A stretch of DNA of 25,671 nucleotides from a virus. Lineage: Duplodnaviria; Caudoviricetes. Made by a program: the position numbers and the translations under genes. The stretch lies in IMG/VR virus record IMGVR_UViG_3300048024_000020, positions 1 through 25,671 of that record. One strand, given 5' to 3'. Below the pieces are notes generated by a model. That model did not search any database and had not been told where the DNA came from. It saw only the letters and a list, made by a program, of their open reading frames with translations. This document shows, piece after piece, positions 7,006 through 15,147 of this stretch; position 1 is the stretch's first letter, and each line of letters begins with the position of its first letter.

Positions 7006-10000
7006 TGCCATTAATTAATACGTCTTTACCTAATCTTATACAGGGTGTATCACAGCAACCTGACGCAACTCGCTTTGCTGGTCAGTGCGAGACACAAGAG
7101 AATGCGCTTAGCTCTGTTGCAGAAGGTTTAAAGAAACGCCCAAACACGCGACACGTTGCTAAGTTACTGTCGACGGCTATAGACAACAACAGCTTCGTTC
7201 ACTTTATCAATCGTGATGACGAAGAGAAGTATGTAGTAATACACAGTGGTTCTACTCTTGAGGCTTGGAACATGGTTACTGGTGAGAAGTGTTCTATAAC
7301 CGATGCTGATGCTAACACCCCCAATTACTCGGCTTATTCTACCAACAATTATCTAACTACAACTAATCCGAGAGAAGACATTAAAGCTCTAACTGTATCA
7401 GACAATACCTTTATTGTTAATAAGAATGTTAGTGTTGGTATCTCTCAAACGAAAACACCAGCCTTGGAAAAGAAGGGGTTTGTTTACGTAGCTCAAGGTG
7501 ATTACAAGAAAAATTATCAAGTTACTATTGGAGGTAATATTGCTGGAGATGTATCAGCCAATCAAGCAACATTTACTGTTGTTGTTGAAGGTTACTACCA
7601 CGGTAGTGGTTGGCATCGCTTTAGAATAGGGAGTGTTACCGTTGATAATGAAGGGTCAGGCTACGCCCCGACGACACCATCTTTGTTAAACGTCTCTATA
7701 GATTTTGGTCTCTTAGGAACAACAAGCCCTAGAAGTTATAAAAATCTTACTACAAACCCAGTGATAAACGCCGTGTTTGTTGATGACGGTACGGGTAATG
7801 GAACTAAAAAAGTAGAATCAGTTATCATTTCCGATAAAGGTAAATTTGGAAGTCACGACAAAAGTGAAACTGGTGATAGTTTTAGTGGGGATTATAACGG
7901 ATTAGTAGTCCTTACAGTCCAAGGGGATACCGCTACTGGCGTAACCCATAACTTTTCAACGGTAGGGACGTCCTCTAACGCTAATGACGCGGCTACAGAC
8001 AACATCGCTACGTCGATATTTAATGGTACATATGCGCCTAGCACTTTTGCTGGCGCTATTCCTATGATTGGGACTGATGCTGCTAATCCAATCTTTACGG
8101 ATGCGGACCCCGCGCTTACGCCTACTAGAGAGGGAAACACTATTATTATTAAGCATAATAGAACAGGTGGTGATTTTACCCTAGAAACAACAGACGGCTT
8201 AGGGGGTGAAGGGATTAAGGCTGTTTACAAGCGCGTTAATTCACTTGTAGACCTACCAGTAAAAGCACCTAATAACTTTGTAATAGAAATTGTCGGAGAC
8301 GCTGATTTAGATCAAGACAACTACTGGGTGAAGTTTACAACAAACAGCGGTGTTGATTTTGGTGAAGGTGCGTGGGAAGAAACAGTTGCTCCTGACGTCT
8401 CTGATGGTTTTGACGCCGCCGACATGCCTATGACCATTAGAAGTGTAGACCTAAACAAACTTGAGGTTACCACTTTAAATTTTAAAAAAAGAGCCGCTGG
8501 AGACGAAGAAACTAACCCAGACCCCTCATTTGTAGGTAAGACAATTAAAGACATCGTTTTCTTTCAAAACAGGCTTGGTTTTATAACTGAAGATAGTGTT
8601 GTATTCTCTGAGACTGGTGAGTTCTTTAACTTTTATAAAACCACCGTGTCAGCTTTACTAGACACAGCACCCATTGACGTTACGGTAAGCACCACAAAAG
8701 TTGCTAAACTTTCTTCAGGTGTGGTATTCCAAGAAAACCTAATGCTTTTTGCAGACAACGTGCAGTTTATTATGAAGGGCGGAGACACGTTTACTCCTAA
8801 GACTGTTTCGGTGTCTTCCTCTACTAATTTTAGTTTAGAAGAAGATACAAAACCAATTCTTATAGGTTCTTACTTATACTTTCCTTTTACTCGCGGTGCT
8901 TTCACTGGTATGAGAGAATTATCCGTAAAAGGTAATACTGAGACCTACGACGCTGTAGAGATTACAGAGCACGTTCCCGCGTATATCCCTAATAAAATTA
9001 TAGCAATGAAGGGGACAACAACTGAAAACACCATTGCACTGCTTAGTGCTAATGACCGAAGTTCTCTGTATATCTATAACTACTTTTGGAGTAATGATCA
9101 GAAGGTTATTAGTGCTTGGTCAAAGTTTACGTTTACGGGTGACGTCCACGGCATGGAATTTATAGATTCTAGTCTTTTCTTGGTAATTACTAACAACGGA
9201 GAAACTAACCTCGTTAAGATGCCCATAGAATCAGGACTAGAGGACACCAATGCGCCCTTTATAGCCGCCAGTGTAAGCCCTACAAGTTTAGGCTACGTTA
9301 CTCACCTTGATACACGCCTAGCAACAACGATATCGGCAGTTAAAACTCCCTTCGCAGATGCGACGACTACAGGATGGAACCAAGCTGTTACAGGTGTTAC
9401 GCCTGATGGGTCTGCATTTTCCGCGGTGAATTTATCGGGCGACATCGCTTTTAAAGATATTACAATGACAAAAGGTAAAATTACTGGCTCATTTAATGTT
9501 GTAGCTTTAAGAGAAAGTCTAACTGGAAATAAGCTACTTATAAAAGACTCAAGTAATAATATTTTATTTGAGCACGCAATAACTTTAGGGATAAACACCT
9601 TTTATTATCAACCTATGTCGCCCACCGAAGCCGCACCTGCGAGACTGGCGTGGTTTCGTACGACTGACGCTAACGCGCATACAGGACATATAATTGAAGT
9701 AAAGGACATAAATATAGCAGACGGAGACTTTGTCGACCGTATCACTCTTCCTTACGCCCCAGCGGACAACTCAGTAGAGGTCTATACAACAGACGGACAC
9801 TTACTACACTCCACTAACGTAGGCAATATTGTGACTCTTTCACAAGCGGTAACCACAGACACCAATGTATTTGTAGGAATACCCTACAATATGAAATACA
9901 CTTTTAGTGAGCAGTTATTCAAAGCAACAGCGGGACAGGGGAAGTCCCCTAATGCCTCTGCTAAATTAATGATTCGTAATGGTTCGGTCTACTACGACAA

Positions 10001-10250
10001 AACTAGTTACTTTAAAGTTACCGTCACGCCTAAATCTAGAGACTCTTATGTAAATACGTTTACAACCGCTGTGGTCGGCTCATCTCAGTTAGGCGCACTA
10101 GAGCTAGAAAGTGGATCTTTTCGTTTTCCAGTCTTTACTAAGGCAGAGGATACCACCATTACACTTGAGAATGATAGTGCCTTGCCAAGTAATTTACAGT
10201 CGGCAGAATTTGAGAGCTTTCTTCACAGCCGATCAAACAGATATGGCTAA
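7005..10250 (+). CDS. gp12: Tail tubular protein B (nozzle), T7 gp12-like, enlarged
   Basis: N-terminal PNLIQGVSQQPD, GLKKRP, R.AGD..TNPDPSFVG..I.D..FFQNRLGF, ITEHVP.YIP and SAWSKF; 1081 aa with two apparent insertions. Confidence 0.95.
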   Translation: MPLINTSLPNLIQGVSQQPDATRFAGQCETQENALSSVAEGLKKRPNTRHVAKLLSTAIDNNSFVHFINRDDEEKYVVIHSGSTLEAWNMVTGEKCSITDADANTPNYSAYSTNNYLTTTNPREDIKALTVSDNTFIVNKNVSVGISQTKTPALEKKGFVYVAQGDYKKNYQVTIGGNIAGDVSANQATFTVVVEGYYHGSGWHRFRIGSVTVDNEGSGYAPTTPSLLNVSIDFGLLGTTSPRSYKNLTTNPVINAVFVDDGTGNGTKKVESVIISDKGKFGSHDKSETGDSFSGDYNGLVVLTVQGDTATGVTHNFSTVGTSSNANDAATDNIATSIFNGTYAPSTFAGAIPMIGTDAANPIFTDADPALTPTREGNTIIIKHNRTGGDFTLETTDGLGGEGIKAVYKRVNSLVDLPVKAPNNFVIEIVGDADLDQDNYWVKFTTNSGVDFGEGAWEETVAPDVSDGFDAADMPMTIRSVDLNKLEVTTLNFKKRAAGDEETNPDPSFVGKTIKDIVFFQNRLGFITEDSVVFSETGEFFNFYKTTVSALLDTAPIDVTVSTTKVAKLSSGVVFQENLMLFADNVQFIMKGGDTFTPKTVSVSSSTNFSLEEDTKPILIGSYLYFPFTRGAFTGMRELSVKGNTETYDAVEITEHVPAYIPNKIIAMKGTTTENTIALLSANDRSSLYIYNYFWSNDQKVISAWSKFTFTGDVHGMEFIDSSLFLVITNNGETNLVKMPIESGLEDTNAPFIAASVSPTSLGYVTHLDTRLATTISAVKTPFADATTTGWNQAVTGVTPDGSAFSAVNLSGDIAFKDITMTKGKITGSFNVVALRESLTGNKLLIKDSSNNILFEHAITLGINTFYYQPMSPTEAAPARLAWFRTTDANAHTGHIIEVKDINIADGDFVDRITLPYAPADNSVEVYTTDGHLLHSTNVGNIVTLSQAVTTDTNVFVGIPYNMKYTFSEQLFKATAGQGKSPNASAKLMIRNGSVYYDKTSYFKVTVTPKSRDSYVNTFTTAVVGSSQLGALELESGSFRFPVFTKAEDTTITLENDSALPSNLQSAEFESFLHSRSNRYG

Positions 10251-11196
10251 TGAGATTGTCAGTGTTCACGGTGATTGTAAGGTAGTAAAAGCTACCGAAG
10301 ATCACATCGAAGACATCTATCCTTTTATGCGTCGTGAGGATCAGATGGAGGTTGCCTGTATGGGCTATCAACCAAAGGAAGCCTTACAGGTTGCCCTTAA
10401 AAGTGACGCTGTAACTCTTACCGCAGTAGACAAGGACGACGTCCCCTTTGCAATGTTTGGTGCAGGACAGATTGAGGGTATGGCTTACATTTGGTTGCTA
10501 GGCACAGATGGACTTCTTGATAACTCTTATAACTTTATTAAGGCATCACGTCACTACACACAGCTTTTTGCACAAACGTATGACTGTGTCTTTAACTATG
10601 TTCACAAGGAAAATAAAAGCGCATTAAAGTGGTTAAAGTTTTGCGGAGCTAAGTTTGTAAATACTACTGAGTTTATGGGTGAGTCCTTTTATGAGTTTGT
10701 TATTACGGCAGACCAGTCACAAGTAGAGCAACCTATTCCCGTCAACGTCGACGACTTCAATAATAAAGTAGTATCTTTTGAAAACGATATAAGGACACTC
10801 GAAAATGCCCTTGTTGACCCTGATGAGATTGAGAAGATTAATCCATTAGAGCACTCATTTGCTGAGGGCATGTATGTCCGCAAGATTGTAATGCCCGCCA
10901 ATCAGATACTCGTTGGTAAAATACATAAACAGGATCATCCTTATTTCATTATGTCAGGAGATGTCTCTATTCTTACCGAAGACGGCGTCGTTCGCATTGA
11001 TAAACCACACTACGGGATGACGAAAGCAGGAACAAAAAGAGTTATATACACACACGCAGAAACCACTTGGATAACGGTTCAACACACTCACGAAACAGAT
11101 TTAAACAAGATAGAAGAAGACGTAATGGCAAAAGGATTTAACGACCCTGCTTTGACCGTTGACGAACTTAACTTACTAACAAAAGGAACTAACTAA
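10243..11196 (+). CDS. gp13-like GNAT-fold internal virion assembly protein fused to a C-terminal cupin domain
   Basis: Likely ATG at 10243 overlapping the gp12 end (317 aa). N-half: MRREDQME, AYIWLLGT, NYVHKENKSALKWLKFCGA (gp13/acetyltransferase-like). C-half: HSFAEGMYVR...GKIHKQDH..IMSG.V...GTKRV.YTH.ET.WITV.H (cupin). Confidence 0.8.
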   Translation: MANEIVSVHGDCKVVKATEDHIEDIYPFMRREDQMEVACMGYQPKEALQVALKSDAVTLTAVDKDDVPFAMFGAGQIEGMAYIWLLGTDGLLDNSYNFIKASRHYTQLFAQTYDCVFNYVHKENKSALKWLKFCGAKFVNTTEFMGESFYEFVITADQSQVEQPIPVNVDDFNNKVVSFENDIRTLENALVDPDEIEKINPLEHSFAEGMYVRKIVMPANQILVGKIHKQDHPYFIMSGDVSILTEDGVVRIDKPHYGMTKAGTKRVIYTHAETTWITVQHTHETDLNKIEEDVMAKGFNDPALTVDELNLLTKGTN

Positions 11197-11200
11197 TAAA

Positions 11201-11830
11201 ATGAGCTGGGTAGCAACAACAATCGCTGTTCTTAGTGCCGCGAGCACTATTTATGGGCAACAACAAGCGGCAGACGCGCAGGAGGAAGCTCAAGAAAACG
11301 CCTCAATACGTGAGAGACAACGCCAGCTTGCTGAGATGTCTTCAATGCGAACTAAGCAACGCTTTGAGCAGATCGCAATGAGTCAAAAATTACAGGTCAA
11401 CGCTCTTAAAGCTAAGGAAGCTAGAGCAACCTCTAAAGCCGCAGGGGCATCGGCAGGTATTACTGGTCAGCTTCTTACGGACATCCTAGATTCTACGTCA
11501 CGCGAAGAAGCAAATTACAGCTACTCAGTTTTGCGTAACCAACAACTAGCCAACATCAACACCGCTATAGGGCTTGAAAACTCTACACAGCAAAGTAAGG
11601 CTAACCTATTACGCATCAATCAACCTATAGCTCAACCAGATTATTTTGGAGCTATACTTAGTGGTGCTCAAACAGGGATTTCCATGAGTGCAGGTCTTAA
11701 AGACGCTGGCATCACTGGAGCTAAAAAGCCTCCCGCGGGTGGTGGTGGGGGCGCTAGCTTTCAATCCTCTAGTCCTTTCTCAACACCTCAAACAAGTTAC
11801 ACACCTTTCTCAGCACCAACCTCCCTTTAA
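11201..11830 (+). CDS. gp14: Internal virion protein B, T7 gp14-like
   Basis: 209 aa with hydrophobic N-terminus and Q/A-rich helices (QQQAADAQ, AKEARAT..AAG.SAGITG); position after the gp13-like gene. Confidence 0.75.
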   Translation: MSWVATTIAVLSAASTIYGQQQAADAQEEAQENASIRERQRQLAEMSSMRTKQRFEQIAMSQKLQVNALKAKEARATSKAAGASAGITGQLLTDILDSTSREEANYSYSVLRNQQLANINTAIGLENSTQQSKANLLRINQPIAQPDYFGAILSGAQTGISMSAGLKDAGITGAKKPPAGGGGGASFQSSSPFSTPQTSYTPFSAPTSL

Positions 11831-11832
11831 TA

Positions 11833-14800
11833 ATGGCTAAAAACCCACTAGAAGAACTTATTAAAAACCGAACCCCTAAATATGGCGAGCTAGGCTCAGG
11901 GCAGGAAGCAGTATCAACTGATGTAGCCAGAGCTGGTAACTTTCAAGTAAACACTGGTCCATACGAAAAGACGAATGCGGCTCTACAGTTTGCTGAAGGC
12001 TTAAATAAACTTCCAGATGTTTATGATTCGGCTGTTAAAGCCCGTCAAAAAGATGCCGCCATAAAGGTCGCACAAATGGACGAGGGTGAGTTTAAGGAAG
12101 CATATCAAAAGATCATTGCTGGTGACGTTGCTGATACAGCTAGTCTGTTTGGATACACTAAAGCACATCAACAAAAGATTGTAGAGCGTTACCACAACGA
12201 AGTTGTACCGCTTGAGCTTAAAGATATATCTAGAGATTTTAGAAACAAACTAAACGACTACCCAAGTATTATAGATTTTGATGAAGATGTAGAAGCGACA
12301 GTCGACGCCTACTACAGAGAAGTTGGTGAGCGTTTTAATGCAAGCCCCTTCACCGAAGAAGCGCACGGCTTACTTTCTATCGGCAAAGCGGCTAAACTAA
12401 AAGTAGAGCTACACGACGCCTATGAAGCACAGGCTTTAGAATACATTAAAGGTCAAAGTATCTCAAACGGCGTAAAAGCACTGGAGGATATGCAGGGTAA
12501 CGTCGACGGCGTCGAACTTACGTTAAATGCGATTCACGCGGACGCCAAGGCTTCTACTGGGAGTAATGCAGATGCTAATGCTATTACTGTTGCTTCTGTT
12601 AATTCCAGAATTGAAACACTTATAGCAGAAGGCACAAGTGAGACTCTAGATGAAGCTGCAGAGCTTCTGGAATACGCGTATGATGGTGGTCTAGAAGTAG
12701 CTAATAAGGATATTTTTGAGACTGCTGACGCACGTGAAAAAGAAATTCAATTAAGAGTAAAACTTGCGGGCGCACTTAGATTTAAACCCCAGCAAATAAC
12801 GGCAGAGGCTAAGGCGTTTCATGCAGAGCACTTACGCGCCTACGCTACCGCAAAAACACCGAAAGCCCGCGCAGAAGCGTTAGTGAAGTGGAATGAAGCA
12901 AAGGATGCTATTAAAGAGGCTGAGGTTTGGCAGATGGCAACTAAATTCCAAGAAGAGGCGCTCAGTGATCCACTCTTTAGCGCAGAAGAATTCGCAAAAG
13001 AAGCAGTAGAAGAGTTCCTTGATGACACAAGCGATAGAAAGTCAATAAGTACTGTCGAAATTCAATCATTTCTACAGCAAGGTGAGTTTAGCATAGAAGA
13101 TATGAATCTTTTATTACCGCGCTCTGCTGACGATACGGGCGTTGCTCCTACGCCGTCGTTCAACAAGTTATCTGGCGAGGCAATTGATGTGTATAGGACT
13201 ACACTAAACGCTGAGTTAATAAACATATTTTCTTCACCAGAGTATGAGACAGATGAAGAGCGTACAGCCGCAGGTCTTGAGGCAAAACAAAGAGTTTATG
13301 ATCAGACACAAGACTACGTAATAAACCGCGCACGTAGTCTTATATCTCAAGAAAAGCCCAAGAAAGAAACCGATCAAAAAGTTTCAGACCTAAAGTCTTT
13401 TGGTGCTTCTCCTAAACAAATTGAACAATATAGAAAACTTAGAATCCAAGACTCTCCATCCGCAGAACAATACTTTGAGCAAGTTAAAGATACACGGTTA
13501 GGTAATGATATTAAAAAACTTTACGACGTAAAGTCTGATGGCAGTGTTTCGATAAATATAAATGACTGGTGGTTTGTAAGTTCAGATTATGTTCAAATTG
13601 GTGAAAACTTTAACAAGCTAGTTCAAGCCCGTGTATTTAAAGACGAGGACAATCAAAGAGAACAGCACCAAAGAGTTCTTGAGTTTATTAACAGTAGATC
13701 AAAAGTTGGCGACGAATCTATATATGCGGCGTTGGCTAACGGCGAACAGCAAGGTTATAAGGACATGCTTACTCTTATTAAACTACGAGGAATTAGTGAA
13801 GAAGCGTTCTTAACAGGTGTTGTAAGTGGTGGTTACACCATGTCATACCCAGACGTATCACCAATAGGTGCAGGAGGCGGTGTGCCCATGCAATCTAGGG
13901 AAAGCTCTGATACTTATCTTGGTATGATACTTATTGAAGACAATCTTTATGCTGAAGATATAGATAAGTTTCCTATCGCTCTTGATGGGGATATTAACAA
14001 AACTATAGAAGCTATTGAGTCTGGCGCGGCGTTTGCCTTCAAAGACATAGCTGAAAAGCTAGGAGTGACTCCAGAAAGTGTTCTTGAAGCTCAGAAGGCT
14101 TACCTTAAAACCCTTGGTTACTTTACAGAGGACAATACGGTCGACAACGACGACGATCCTACAGACGACGACGAAAAAAAAAGTAATGTTCAACTAGACT
14201 CATCAGTTAGTGCTGATACAGTTATAGGAATGGGTGATTTAAATGACTTAAGCGGCGAAGGTGCTCAGTTTAAAATTCAAGAAAACTACTCCTCGCTCGC
14301 TAAAACCTCTACGGATAAAGACGAAAACACTTTTCAGACTACATTTAAAGATTTCATGAGACAATATTATGAAAACAATGTAAATCATAAAGGTGGCAAG
14401 GAAGGCATAGGGGCGGCTTTTGATCGCAAGTTTGAACAGATGGTAAACAGAGACCCTAAATTACTTCAGTTATTAAACCAAAATGTTACTCTATCTTTTG
14501 ATATGAGCGAGGAGGATCAATCATCAGGAAAACTAGGTTACTATACGGGTGACTTTAAAACCAAGACAGGTCATATAACCATATCCCCTTCATTAAATTA
14601 TAAAAAAATGGAGCAGATCATCGCCCACGAATTAATCCATTCACTGCAATATAATGTAAAGAATAGGAAGGGATTAAAGACAAACCCTTATACCAACCAA
14701 ATAAGGCGACCTCTTGATTATACAGCTCCTAAGGAAGACTTTTTAAAATATCTACAGTCAGAGGTTGAGAGCGAAGCGCGCATGGCAGAGGTCGCTCGTT

Positions 14801-15141
14801 ATTACGCTGAGAAGACTGGAACCATGCTAGGTGAAGGGCAACCTGCTCCCTTTGATCAATATCATATAAAGGGCGCATTTAAGGCTTTAGTTCACTTTAT
14901 GACTAACGATTCTATAGCCGATCACTATCGTGACACTCAAGAAGAGCTATATAAGATACTTCAACTAAAAACCCCTAAGATAAATGACTCAATGACGCCT
15001 TTACAAAAAAGAAATCAAAGAAACAATCTTAGGAAAGAACTAAGTAACATTCCAGATGAACAATTAGAGCCAATCCTCGGTTCAATCGCAACCCTAGCAT
15101 CCAATAACCCAATTCAAAACTCTAACCAACAATTAGCATAA
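11833..15141 (+). CDS. Internal virion protein C (gp15 position) with C-terminal zincin-like metallopeptidase domain
   Basis: 1102 aa, helical; synteny; acidic linker DNDDDPTDDDE, then G.Y...G.I.I...IIAHELIHSLQ...E.EAR. Confidence 0.7.
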   Translation: MAKNPLEELIKNRTPKYGELGSGQEAVSTDVARAGNFQVNTGPYEKTNAALQFAEGLNKLPDVYDSAVKARQKDAAIKVAQMDEGEFKEAYQKIIAGDVADTASLFGYTKAHQQKIVERYHNEVVPLELKDISRDFRNKLNDYPSIIDFDEDVEATVDAYYREVGERFNASPFTEEAHGLLSIGKAAKLKVELHDAYEAQALEYIKGQSISNGVKALEDMQGNVDGVELTLNAIHADAKASTGSNADANAITVASVNSRIETLIAEGTSETLDEAAELLEYAYDGGLEVANKDIFETADAREKEIQLRVKLAGALRFKPQQITAEAKAFHAEHLRAYATAKTPKARAEALVKWNEAKDAIKEAEVWQMATKFQEEALSDPLFSAEEFAKEAVEEFLDDTSDRKSISTVEIQSFLQQGEFSIEDMNLLLPRSADDTGVAPTPSFNKLSGEAIDVYRTTLNAELINIFSSPEYETDEERTAAGLEAKQRVYDQTQDYVINRARSLISQEKPKKETDQKVSDLKSFGASPKQIEQYRKLRIQDSPSAEQYFEQVKDTRLGNDIKKLYDVKSDGSVSININDWWFVSSDYVQIGENFNKLVQARVFKDEDNQREQHQRVLEFINSRSKVGDESIYAALANGEQQGYKDMLTLIKLRGISEEAFLTGVVSGGYTMSYPDVSPIGAGGGVPMQSRESSDTYLGMILIEDNLYAEDIDKFPIALDGDINKTIEAIESGAAFAFKDIAEKLGVTPESVLEAQKAYLKTLGYFTEDNTVDNDDDPTDDDEKKSNVQLDSSVSADTVIGMGDLNDLSGEGAQFKIQENYSSLAKTSTDKDENTFQTTFKDFMRQYYENNVNHKGGKEGIGAAFDRKFEQMVNRDPKLLQLLNQNVTLSFDMSEEDQSSGKLGYYTGDFKTKTGHITISPSLNYKKMEQIIAHELIHSLQYNVKNRKGLKTNPYTNQIRRPLDYTAPKEDFLKYLQSEVESEARMAEVARYYAEKTGTMLGEGQPAPFDQYHIKGAFKALVHFMTNDSIADHYRDTQEELYKILQLKTPKINDSMTPLQKRNQRNNLRKELSNIPDEQLEPILGSIATLASNNPIQNSNQQLA

Positions 15142-15147
15142 ATAAAT

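Noticed and set aside
10111-10242. 44-aa N-terminal extension of the gp13-like ORF
   Set aside because: It overlaps the conserved gp12 C-terminus; ATG 10243 gives a normal short overlap.
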